Positions 8,265 to 16,779 of a stretch of 64,000 nucleotides of DNA are shown here, piece by piece (positions within the stretch are counted from its first letter, which is position 1; the number at the start of each line of letters is the position of its first letter). The notes below the pieces were generated by a model. That model did not search any database and was not told where the DNA came from. It saw nothing but the letters and a program-made list of their open reading frames with translations. The position numbers were made by a program, and so were the translations under genes. Origin of the DNA: an uncultured Gemmatimonadales bacterium (lineage in GTDB: Bacteria > Gemmatimonadota > Gemmatimonadetes > Longimicrobiales > RSA9); the NCBI GenBank assembly GCA_963798085.1, contig CAWCRS010000005.1, positions 288,001 through 352,000 of the forward strand, in the 5' to 3' direction.

Positions 8265-9539
8265 ATGAAGTCACGCCGTACCGCGTTCCGCCTGGCCGCG
8301 GGCAGCCTGATTCTCGGCGCCGTCATGCATGTGGTCACATTGTGGCCGCGCGTGCACGCACTGGGCAGCGCGCTCGCTGCGCCGCGCGGATTCGCGCTGC
8401 TGGTCGCAGGCTGGGCACTCTCCGCCGTGACCGCGCTGCTCGCCTGCCTGCTCGCGGCCCTGCTGCTCTGGAAAGCGGTGAATCGGGCCGACGCGCGCGC
8501 ACTTATACTCTTCCTCGCGCTGCTCGCCGTATTCTGGGGCTCGCTCTTCCGTTTCCTGACCGTCAACGCCAATGCGCATTCCGTCAACGTGTCCCTTTCC
8601 TACGGCAGCGGGTTCGTCGCGCAGTCGGCCTCGCTCGCGTACCTGCTGGCAGTGGCGGCGTTCCTGCGTTTCTCGTCGCTCTTTCCGGTTCCGCTCGCGT
8701 CAGCGATGCTGCCGCCCGTTCGTCACCTCAGACTTCTCCGTCGCTTGCGAACAGCGCTGTTGCAGGGCCCCGTCGTCTGGGGCTGCGCCATTGTCTGCGC
8801 GCTGCTGGTCTGGTTCGTGCCCCGGGCGGCCGGTTCACTGCAGGGGCCCGGTACTGCCAGCGCACAGATGCCGCCAGCGCTGAGCTCGGTCATTCTCGGT
8901 ATCGCAGCACTCGTATATGTGGGGCTTCCTCTCGCGACCATCGTTCTCGGTGCACGCAACCTGCGCGCGAGTTACCGCGTCGCGACTCCCGCACAACGCC
9001 ATCGTGTGCTGTGGATCGTCGTCGGCTTCACCAGCGCCGCATGGAGCCTCATCGCCTCGCTGGGTCTGCTCGCGGTGGCAGGCGCGTTCAATCTCGATCA
9101 GCCCTGGCTCGATCTGCTGATTCCTCTCGGCGTCGTGATGGCCCCGCTGCTCGTCGTAACCGGTACCGCCATCGGCATCCTCTATGGCGGGGCCATGGAT
9201 CCCGCGCTCGTGGTACGATCCAGCGCGGTGTACGGCGCCCTCGGCGCCCTTGGTGTCGTGGTGTTCGCCGGCATCGAGAATCTGCTGTCCAACCTGGTCG
9301 AGCAGCGCCTGGGCCTGCCTGGATTCATTGGCTCGATGGCGGCCGGCGCCCTCGTGACCGCCGCTCTCATTCCGGTGCGCCGGCCGCTGCACCATGCAGC
9401 CACGCGGCTCATCGCAGCGCTGCGCGAGGGCTCCGGCCCGAGCGCAGAGATGGCGCCCGGCGCAGCACCGTCGCAACTCGAACAACCTGTTAGGAGTACC
9501 CCGGCGCTGACCGACCCGCCCCTGCACGCCGACGACTGA
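8265..9539 (+). CDS. Polytopic membrane protein resembling the membrane module of sensor proteins
   Basis: About 10 hydrophobic segments; C-terminal ILYGGAMDPALVVRSSAVYG...AALIPVRRPLHHAATRL resembles the TM exit motif that usually precedes GAF/kinase/PP2C domains. Confidence 0.7.
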   Translation: MKSRRTAFRLAAGSLILGAVMHVVTLWPRVHALGSALAAPRGFALLVAGWALSAVTALLACLLAALLLWKAVNRADARALILFLALLAVFWGSLFRFLTVNANAHSVNVSLSYGSGFVAQSASLAYLLAVAAFLRFSSLFPVPLASAMLPPVRHLRLLRRLRTALLQGPVVWGCAIVCALLVWFVPRAAGSLQGPGTASAQMPPALSSVILGIAALVYVGLPLATIVLGARNLRASYRVATPAQRHRVLWIVVGFTSAAWSLIASLGLLAVAGAFNLDQPWLDLLIPLGVVMAPLLVVTGTAIGILYGGAMDPALVVRSSAVYGALGALGVVVFAGIENLLSNLVEQRLGLPGFIGSMAAGALVTAALIPVRRPLHHAATRLIAALREGSGPSAEMAPGAAPSQLEQPVRSTPALTDPPLHADD

Positions 9540-9593
9540 TCGCGACTGAGGGCCCTCGTTCCAACTTCATTGCAATCATGCGATTGCGTGGCG

Positions 9594-9609
9594 TGGCACA
9601 GCGGTTGCA
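9594..9609 (+). promoter_or_regulatory. sigma54 (-24/-12) promoter
   Basis: TGGCAC-AGCGG-TTGCA, an exact GG-N10-GC consensus, in the intergenic gap; palindrome GCAATC-ATGC-GATTGC at 9572-9587 just upstream. Confidence 0.7.
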
Positions 9610-9746
9610 CGTCTCCCCGGATCGCGTGGTACACGATCCCGCCGGGCACAGCCTGAGCGCGCCCCGGCGGATCGGCCCCGCTCTCCGCTGGTTCCTCGCG
9701 CCGTGGCAGGAAGTCAGCCGAACGCAACTCTTGCAGGAGGCTGCAT

Positions 9747-10275
9747 ATGAAGAGCTGGATCGCGATTCCAGCAGGTATCGCATTCCTCGCGCTCGCCGGA
9801 ACAGCCAGTGCACAGACGGGACGCGTGGCGATCGAAGCGCGCGGCGGTGTGACCTTCCCCAGTTCCGAGCTGAAGTCCATCGGTGCTGGCACAGGCTTCG
9901 CCGCCGCCGCCGTCGTGGTCTACAACTTCGACCCCAGGTTCAGTCTCTATGGGGGCGTGAATCGCGATGAGTTCGAAGGGAACTTCAGCAGCACCGGCGC
10001 CCAGGCGGGCCTCAAATTCCTGATGAGCCGGGAAGGCAGTGCGTTGCCCTGGCTGAGCGCGGGCCTGCTCGATCAGCGGTTCAAAGCGCGCAGCGCGAGT
10101 GCCGACATGGATGTCGGCTGGGAAGGCGGTGGCGGCATCGATTTCGCCGTGACGAACAGCCTGTCGCTGACTCCGGCGGTGCGCTACCGCTCCTATACGC
10201 CCGTCATCAACGGAAACCACCTGGACACGAATTATGTGACCGCCACCCTGGCGGCGCATTCTGCACCTGCACTGA
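9747..10275 (+). CDS. Outer-membrane beta-barrel protein (8-stranded OmpA/OmpW-like); apparent frameshift near 10251-10257
   Basis: Signal peptide ending ASA-Q, alternating beta-strand pattern, GWEGGGGIDF and LTPAVRY. In a shifted frame the last strand reads ILHLH-stop (TGA 10273-10275). AGGAGG RBS. Confidence 0.75.
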
Positions 10276-10421
10276 CGCGCCCGCGTCCGTGCCACCGGCC
10301 GGCGGACTCCGGTCCGCCGGCCCCTTCCCCTCGCCGAACCCGACGCGCGAACCGTCGCTGCTCTCCACGTGTTAGCATCAGCACAACGACACTACCACGG
10401 AAACTTTTCGCCCCGCACGCC

Positions 10422-11390
10422 ATGAAAGCGATTCGCGTCCAGCAGACCGGTGGCCCCGAGGTCCTCCGCATCGAGGAAGTTCCGGATCCGACACCGGCTG
10501 CCGGCGAGGTGCTCGTGCAGGTGGAAGCCGCCGGCGTGAACTTCATCGATGTCTACCACCGTACCGGCCTCTATCGACTGGCTCGGCCTTTCACGCCCGG
10601 GCAGGAAGGTGCGGGCACCGTGCTCGACACCGGACCCGGTGTCGCCGCTTTCGCTCCCGGCGAGCGCGTCGCCTGGGAAGGTATAACAGGAAGTTATGCG
10701 CAAAAGGCCAGTGTGCCCGCCAGCCGGCTGGTTCCACTTCCCGATGCCGTGACCACGCGCCAGGCGGCAGCCATCATGCTGCAGGGCATGACCGCCCAGT
10801 ACCTGGCCTCTGCCACATTCCCGCTTCAGCCGGGTGACACGTGTCTCGTGCACGCCGCGGCCGGCGGGGTCGGACTGCTGCTCTGTCAGATCGCGAAACA
10901 GCGCGGCGCCACCGTCATCGGCACCGCCGGGACCCACGAAAAGGCTGCGCTTGCGCGCGGCGCGGGTGCGGACCACGTCGTCGTTTACACCGAGGATGAC
11001 TTCGAGGATGAGGTCCGCCGCATCACGGGCGGCGCCGGCGTGCGCGTCGTGTACGACTCGGTGGGTAACAGCACATTTCAGAAGAGTCTCAACTGCCTGG
11101 CGCCGCGCGGACTGCTGGCGCTCTTCGGTCAGTCGAGCGGGCCGGTGGCGCCCGTTGACCCGCAGCTCCTCAATCAGCGCGGATCGCTCTTCCTGACGCG
11201 TCCGTCACTGCGTCACTATGTAGCGGCGCGAGAGGAGCTGCTGGCGCGGGCCGGCGATGTGCTCGGCCGGCTGACGGCGGGGACCCTGCGCCTGCGGATC
11301 GACCGGGAACTGCCGCTGGCGGCTGCGGGCGAGGCGCACCGGCTGCTGGAAAGCCGGGCCACTTCAGGCAAGCTGCTGCTGATTCCCTGA
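10422..11390 (+). CDS. qor: NADPH:quinone oxidoreductase (zeta-crystallin/MDR family)
   Basis: MKAIRVQQTGGPEVL, GVNFIDVYHRTGLY, HAAAGGVG, VVYDSVG, FGQSSG, GKLLLIP. Confidence 0.93.
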   Translation: MKAIRVQQTGGPEVLRIEEVPDPTPAAGEVLVQVEAAGVNFIDVYHRTGLYRLARPFTPGQEGAGTVLDTGPGVAAFAPGERVAWEGITGSYAQKASVPASRLVPLPDAVTTRQAAAIMLQGMTAQYLASATFPLQPGDTCLVHAAAGGVGLLLCQIAKQRGATVIGTAGTHEKAALARGAGADHVVVYTEDDFEDEVRRITGGAGVRVVYDSVGNSTFQKSLNCLAPRGLLALFGQSSGPVAPVDPQLLNQRGSLFLTRPSLRHYVAAREELLARAGDVLGRLTAGTLRLRIDRELPLAAAGEAHRLLESRATSGKLLLIP

Positions 11391-11394
11391 CCGG

Positions 11395-11585
11395 AAAAGC
11401 AGAACCGGGCCGATCCGGACAAGACAGCTCGGGCCACCCCCGGGAGACCCTCCCTGCTCGCCTTCACGACCCGGTCCAGCACTCGGTCGTTCGTACCGGT
11501 CAGAATTCGTCGCCGGCTATGCACCCGCATTTGGATGCAAAAACGTTCACACACTCAATTTCTCGCACCGTTGCCAGCGTGTCAA
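11395..11585 (-). ncRNA. Candidate small RNA in the gap between convergent genes
   Basis: About 270-nt gap between convergent qor and emrA; minus-strand TTGACA (11585-11580), several hairpins, and a closing stem followed by TTTT. No family recognised. Confidence 0.25.
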
Positions 11586-11663
11586 GGCTGCTGTGACTAA
11601 CGAAAAGGACCGTTGATACGATTTCGCGCAACCCCTTGACTTCAGGTCCCTTTCGCATCTGGA

Positions 11664-12773
11664 TCAGTGTCGTTTCAACGTAACATCCACGCTCATGCCG
11701 GGTCGCAGCACCATAGCCGGATCCTGCGGCTGCGTCAGCCGGATTCGCACCGGTATGCGCTGCACGGTCTTCACAAAATTCCCGGTCGCGTTGTCCGGCG
11801 GGAGCAGCGAGAAGACCGCCCCGGTGGCCGGGCTGATGCTCTCGACCTCGCCCTCGAAATGATGACCCGGGTAGGCGTCGACCCGGACATCCGCCGGGTC
11901 GCCTATGCGGATATGGCCAATGTCGGTTTCCTTGAGATTGGCGACGGCCCAGATGCTGTCCAGTGGCACGAGACTCATCAGCGGCTGTCCCGGCTGGACG
12001 TTCTGACCGGGCTCCACGCTGCGGTGGCTGATCACGCCGCTGGCTGGGGCGATGATACGCGTGTAGCCGAGCTGCAACGCGATCTGATCGCGCGCTGCCC
12101 GCGAGGCCTCGACGCGGGCATCCGCCCCGCGCAGGCCGGCCTCAGCGGAAACCACCTGCTGCGCCGCCGCGTCTGCATTGCGCCGTGCCGCGTCGAGTTG
12201 TGCAGTGGTGGTGCGCACGGCGGTCTCGGCCGCGTCCAGCTGCTGGCGGCTCACGATGTTGGTCGCGGCCAGGCCTTGATAGCGCTGCAGGTCATTCGCG
12301 GCCTTCGCGGCAGCGGCATCGGCCTGTACTACGGCCGCCTGTGCTCCCGCTGCGGAAGCCCGTGCCCCGGCCAGCTGCGCCAGCGCCTGGCCGCCCCGTC
12401 CCTGGGTCCCGACCGCGGCGATCAGCGCATCCAGCTCGGCGTCCGCCTGTGCCAGCCGGGAACGCAGATCGCGATCGTCCAGGACGACGAGCGTGTCGCC
12501 CGCACGCACGCGGCCGTTGTCCTGCACGCGTACGCTCTGCACGTATCCGCCCACGCGCGCGGCGACCGGAACGATGTGCCCCTGCATCTGCGCATCGTCC
12601 GTGCTCACTTCATGGCTGCGCACCCACCAGAGCCGGCCGACCACCGCGAGAATCACGGTAATGATGCCGGCCACCACCAGCACGCCGCGCCGACGGCGAG
12701 GCGGAGGTGGCGCGGCCGCTGCTCCAACGGCAGGTCGTTCGAGTGTGATGGTCTGACCGGACTTCGCCTCCAT
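11664..12773 (-). CDS. emrA: EmrA/HlyD-family membrane fusion protein
   Basis: STDDAQMQG..VAARVGGYV, WAVANLKET, FSLLPPDNATGNFVKTVQRIPVRI. Confidence 0.92.
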   Translation of the reverse strand: MEAKSGQTITLERPAVGAAAAPPPPRRRRGVLVVAGIITVILAVVGRLWWVRSHEVSTDDAQMQGHIVPVAARVGGYVQSVRVQDNGRVRAGDTLVVLDDRDLRSRLAQADAELDALIAAVGTQGRGGQALAQLAGARASAAGAQAAVVQADAAAAKAANDLQRYQGLAATNIVSRQQLDAAETAVRTTTAQLDAARRNADAAAQQVVSAEAGLRGADARVEASRAARDQIALQLGYTRIIAPASGVISHRSVEPGQNVQPGQPLMSLVPLDSIWAVANLKETDIGHIRIGDPADVRVDAYPGHHFEGEVESISPATGAVFSLLPPDNATGNFVKTVQRIPVRIRLTQPQDPAMVLRPGMSVDVTLKRH

Positions 12774-12782
12774 GGATTCCCC

Positions 12783-14174
12783 CTAATGCAGCGTTAGCGC
12801 CACGCCCGCGGCGCGGGCCAGCCGTATCCTGGCCGTCGCGATCGCATGGCGAGCGTCGATGTCCGCGTCCCGGGCCGCGTTCAGTCCGGACTGCGCGTTG
12901 ACGACTTCTATGCTGCCCGCGAGACCGTTCGCGAAACGGGCGCGCGCCTGGTCCAGCTCCGCCTGGGCCAGCGCGAGGCGTTCACGGGAGGCAAACAGCT
13001 GTTCGTTGCCCGATGCCAGGTCGAGCACAGCGGCCGCGACATCGCTCTCCAGCTGGCGGCGCAGCTCGGCTTCCTGGATGCGCGCCTCGCGCAGGCGGAT
13101 TTCCTGCTGCGCGCTTCTCGCCTCGCGACCGAGTCCGTCGAAGACGGGGATGGACACCTCCAGCGCCAGCACGCGCGTACCCAGCAGGTTCTCCGATCGC
13201 GTGCCGTTGATGCCATAGTTCGCGGACAGCTCGAGCCGGGGCAGGCGCTCGGCGAGCACGGCGCTGCGCAGTGCGCGTGCGTCCTGCTGCTGCGCCTGCT
13301 GAACCCTCAGGTCCACGCGCTGTGCCAGCGCCAGCGGTGTGGCCTCCTCCGCGGTTTCCGGCGCGTCCGAGCGGGCACTGCCGGCAGTCAGTGAATCGCG
13401 CAGTTCGAAACGCGTGGCCGCGGGCAGGGCCAGCGCGTGCGCCAGCCCGATCTGCGATACCTCGGCCACGCGTTGCGCGCGACGCAGCGCGCTCTGCGCG
13501 ATCACCTGCTGCGTCTCGGCGCGCGTGACGTCAATGGCCGTGGCCACACCCGCAGCCAGCTGCTGCCGGTTGAAATCCAGCAGCTCAGCCGCCAGTGCCG
13601 CGTCGGATTTCCGGGCGTCGACCAGTGCCGCATCGCGCGCGGCATCCACATAGGCCAGTGCTGCAGCTGAAGCGGCCGTCTGCGCCGCCGCGCTGCGCTG
13701 CAGCGTGCCGATGAGCTCACGATCACGCGCTGCGTGCAGACGCTTCCATGCGGGCAGGTCGATCAGCGGCTGCGCCACGCTCACGCGCGCGTCATAGACG
13801 GAAAAGGGACCGATGCGCTCCGGGATGCTGAAGCCGCCGGGCACTTCCGGAAACTCGAAGCCGAAGGAACGGCTGTTGATCGTCTGATTCGTATAACCCG
13901 CTGTCAGGCGCAGATCCGGCAGCAGATCGGCGCGCGCCTCGCGCGTGAGTACGCCGCCGCGCTCCAGTTCGGCGTCCGCCAGCTGCACGCCGGTGGCGGA
14001 AGCGGCGGCCCGCGCTACCGCGTCCGCCAGCGTGAGCGGCACGGGCGCCACCGTCTGCGCCGCCAGGCTGTGCGTCACGGCGACCGCGCACAGCAGCACG
14101 CCGGAAGCCGTACGCCTCGTGCGTGCCACTGCCTGCTTCCTGCTTCGCTTCCCTGTTTCCTTCGTGCTGCGCAT
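12783..14174 (-). CDS. TolC-family outer-membrane efflux protein
   Basis: Signal peptide, LTLADAVARA, two repeats (ARADLLPDL / LAERLPRL), IPVFDG, ARFANG. Start uncertain (14174 or 14195). Confidence 0.88.
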   Translation of the reverse strand: MRSTKETGKRSRKQAVARTRRTASGVLLCAVAVTHSLAAQTVAPVPLTLADAVARAAASATGVQLADAELERGGVLTREARADLLPDLRLTAGYTNQTINSRSFGFEFPEVPGGFSIPERIGPFSVYDARVSVAQPLIDLPAWKRLHAARDRELIGTLQRSAAAQTAASAAALAYVDAARDAALVDARKSDAALAAELLDFNRQQLAAGVATAIDVTRAETQQVIAQSALRRAQRVAEVSQIGLAHALALPAATRFELRDSLTAGSARSDAPETAEEATPLALAQRVDLRVQQAQQQDARALRSAVLAERLPRLELSANYGINGTRSENLLGTRVLALEVSIPVFDGLGREARSAQQEIRLREARIQEAELRRQLESDVAAAVLDLASGNEQLFASRERLALAQAELDQARARFANGLAGSIEVVNAQSGLNAARDADIDARHAIATARIRLARAAGVALTLH

Positions 14175-14187
14175 TGGCAAACCGCCC

Positions 14188-15756
14188 TCACTCACCGGCC
14201 GCGATGACCTCTCCCGCGGCGTGGCCGCGCGAGAGGAAGAACACCAGAGGCACGCCCAGCAGCAGCAGCACCGTGGCCAGGCTGAACACGTGGTTATAAG
14301 CCAGCACCGAAGCCTGGCGCAGCACGCGGAACTGCATGAGTCCGAGCGCACCACGGAACGCGCCCAGCGCATTGGCCCCGCGCGCACGCAGCCCGGCCAT
14401 GGTAGCGTCCATGGCTGCGCGCGTCAGCGGATCATAGGGTGTCAGATGCGTCGCAATGATGCCGCCGTAGCGTGTGGTGCTGCGCGTCAGCTCCGTAGCG
14501 GACAGTGCAATGCCCACACTGCCGAAGACCTGGCGGGTCACGTTGTAGAGCCCCGCCGCAGCCGTCATGCGGGCCACGGGAATGGTGGCCAGCGCCGCGG
14601 TGCTGAGGGCCACGAAGATCAGCGAGAATCCCACCCCCTGCCATACCTGCGGCAGGAACACATCCCAGAAGCCCACCCCGGTCGTCAGATGCGAGAGCTG
14701 CAGGAAGGAGAAGGAGCTGACCATCAGACCCGAAGCCACCATGATGCGCGGACCCAGACGATTGTAGAAGCGCCCCGCAACAGGCATGATCACCATCATC
14801 GCCAGACTGCGCGGCATGAGCGCGAGACCGGAGTCCATCGCGTCATAGCCCAGCAGGCGCTGCAGGAACAGCGGCAACAGAAACAGCGTGCCGAAGAGCG
14901 CCATGCCCAGCACACCGCCCAGGGCCGACGCGGATGTGAACGAAGCGTTGCGCATGATGCGCAGGTCGACCGCCGGCCGCTCACTGGTGAGTTCCCACCA
15001 GACGAACAGCACCATGCCCACCGATGCGAGCAGCGCGAACAGCAGAATCTCGCCCGACTGGAACCAGTCCCTGGCCTGCCCGCGCTCCAGCATCAGCTGC
15101 AGTGCTCCCAGACCCATACTCAGCAGCGCGATGCCCATCCAGTCAATGCGCGCCCGGCTGCGCTCGAGGTAGGGCGGGTCGCTCACGAAGCGCTGCACCA
15201 GCAGCAGATTCAGCACGCCGATGGGCACGTTCACGTAGAACACCCACGGCCACGAGTAATGGTCTGTCAGCCAGCCGCCCAGCGTCGGACCTATGGCTGG
15301 CGCCATGACCGTGCCCATGCCGAAGATGCCCATGGCCAGTCCCTGCTCTTCCGCGGGAAACGACTCCCGCAGAATCGCCTGCGACACGGTCATGAGCACA
15401 CCGCCACCCACACCCTGCAGGATGCGGAACGACACCATCAGAGGCAGCGTGCGCGCCAGACCGCACGCCATCGATGCGATCGTGAACAGCGCGACGCTGA
15501 ACATGTAGAAGTGCTTGCGGCCGAAGCGCGCACTCAGCAGCGCCGTGATGGGCATGATGATCACGCTCGACAGGATGTATCCCGTCACCACCCACGTGAT
15601 CTGCTCGACTGTGGCGCTCAGCGTGCCCGTCATCTCGGGCAGCGCCACGTTCACGATGCTGCTGTCGAGCACGGCCATGATCGTGCCGATCATGACTGTG
15701 CCCGCCACCACCCAGCGGTTGACTTCGGGAGCGCCCGGTCCGCTTGGTGCGCTCAA
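14188..15756 (-). CDS. emrB: DHA2-family (EmrB/QacA) MFS efflux permease
   Basis: LDSSIVNVALP, WVVTGYIL, RFGRK, FRILQGVGGG, APAIGPTLGGWL, WVFYVNVPIG. Confidence 0.93.
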   Translation of the reverse strand: MSAPSGPGAPEVNRWVVAGTVMIGTIMAVLDSSIVNVALPEMTGTLSATVEQITWVVTGYILSSVIIMPITALLSARFGRKHFYMFSVALFTIASMACGLARTLPLMVSFRILQGVGGGVLMTVSQAILRESFPAEEQGLAMGIFGMGTVMAPAIGPTLGGWLTDHYSWPWVFYVNVPIGVLNLLLVQRFVSDPPYLERSRARIDWMGIALLSMGLGALQLMLERGQARDWFQSGEILLFALLASVGMVLFVWWELTSERPAVDLRIMRNASFTSASALGGVLGMALFGTLFLLPLFLQRLLGYDAMDSGLALMPRSLAMMVIMPVAGRFYNRLGPRIMVASGLMVSSFSFLQLSHLTTGVGFWDVFLPQVWQGVGFSLIFVALSTAALATIPVARMTAAAGLYNVTRQVFGSVGIALSATELTRSTTRYGGIIATHLTPYDPLTRAAMDATMAGLRARGANALGAFRGALGLMQFRVLRQASVLAYNHVFSLATVLLLLGVPLVFFLSRGHAAGEVIAAGE

Positions 15757-16250
15757 TCCTGGCCTCGTGCGGCTTCCAGTCCATCCAGCAGCAGCGGCTG
15801 CACCAGCTCCATGGCCTGGCGCACGCGTGTGCGGTTCGCCGCTGACAGCGGCGAGAGCAGCGCACCCAGGTGTTCCAGGGCGACGCCCATCGCGACACGT
15901 TCCGCGTGGCGTCCCGCCTCCGTGAGGTCCAGTGCCAGGCAGCGCCGGTCGCCGGCCGCCACACGCCGCCGCACCAGTCCGCGCGCCACCAGCTCCTCGA
16001 TCAGCTTGGACGCCGACGCCATGCCCATGCTCAGACTGTCCGCCACTGCCGACAGCGTGGCTCCCTCCACGCCCGCGAGGAACGTCAGCCCACGCACCAG
16101 AGACAGCGACAATCCGGCCGGCCGCGTGCGCTGCAACGCCCGTCGCGTCGAGCGCGCCACGCGCATGCTCACGTCCAGCACGGCCGCCGCCACGTCCGCG
16201 TCAGGGCCGGACTGGCCGCGCGATTTCCTTTCCGAGGCGAATTGTTTCAC
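15753..16250 (-). CDS. MarR-family transcriptional regulator
   Basis: wHTH with SASKLIEELVARGLVRR..GDRR..LTEAG; overlaps the emrB start. Confidence 0.88.
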   Translation of the reverse strand: MKQFASERKSRGQSGPDADVAAAVLDVSMRVARSTRRALQRTRPAGLSLSLVRGLTFLAGVEGATLSAVADSLSMGMASASKLIEELVARGLVRRRVAAGDRRCLALDLTEAGRHAERVAMGVALEHLGALLSPLSAANRTRVRQAMELVQPLLLDGLEAARGQD

Positions 16251-16350
16251 AACGAAAATATTTGCCGGGAAGGCGACCCGCGCAAGTCCCCAGTCCCGTC
16301 AGCGGCGACGGCGTGGCTGGGGCTCGCCCGTCCGCATGGCCGCGCATATA

Positions 16351-16386
16351 TGTCACTTGACACCGTCATGTGATACAGTATATCCT
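16351..16386 (+). promoter_or_regulatory. sigma70 promoter for padR with an overlapping palindromic operator
   Basis: TTGACA (16357-16362)-N18-TATCCT (16381-16386); imperfect inverted repeat TGTCACTTGAC-ACC-GTCATGTGATA (16351-16375) covers the -35. Confidence 0.6.
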
Positions 16387-16422
16387 CGCGCCATCGATGA
16401 ACCCGACAAGGACCGAACGGGC

Positions 16423-16779
16423 ATGAACGACCCCGAGCGCCTCATACCGCTGCACCCGAACGACTTCCAGATCCTCTTCGCGCTCGTGGATGCGCCGCGC
16501 CACGGCTACGGCATCGTCAAGGAAGTCGAGCGCGCCAGTGGCGGCCGCATCCGCATCGACCCGGCCAACCTGTACCGGTCCATCAAGCGCATGGTGGGTG
16601 ATGGGCTGGTGGAGGAGCCCGACGCGCGAACCGTGAAAGCACTGGAGGAAGAACGCCGGCGTTACTACCGCATCACGAAATTCGGTCTGGCGGTAGTGCG
16701 CCTGGAGGCGGCTCGGCTGGCGGATGCGGCGGCGGCGGCGCGGGCGCAACGGCTCATTCCGGCGAAGCGGTCGCGATGA
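16423..16779 (+). CDS. PadR-family transcriptional regulator
   Basis: ILFALVDAPRHGYGIVKEV..ANLYRSIKRM..GLVEE..RRRYYRIT. Confidence 0.93.
   Translation: MNDPERLIPLHPNDFQILFALVDAPRHGYGIVKEVERASGGRIRIDPANLYRSIKRMVGDGLVEEPDARTVKALEEERRRYYRITKFGLAVVRLEAARLADAAAAARAQRLIPAKRSR

Noticed and set aside
9747..11390. 547-aa ORF that looks like a beta-barrel/quinone-oxidoreductase fusion
   Set aside because: The linker is low-complexity intergenic-like sequence; a one-base shift ends the barrel at ILHLH-stop (10275); a TGnTAGCAT extended -10 (10370-10378) and a canonical MKAI start precede qor; the topology is implausible.
13945..16779. 944-aa plus-strand ORF
   Set aside because: Antisense shadow of emrB and marR; only the last 118 aa (PadR) are real.
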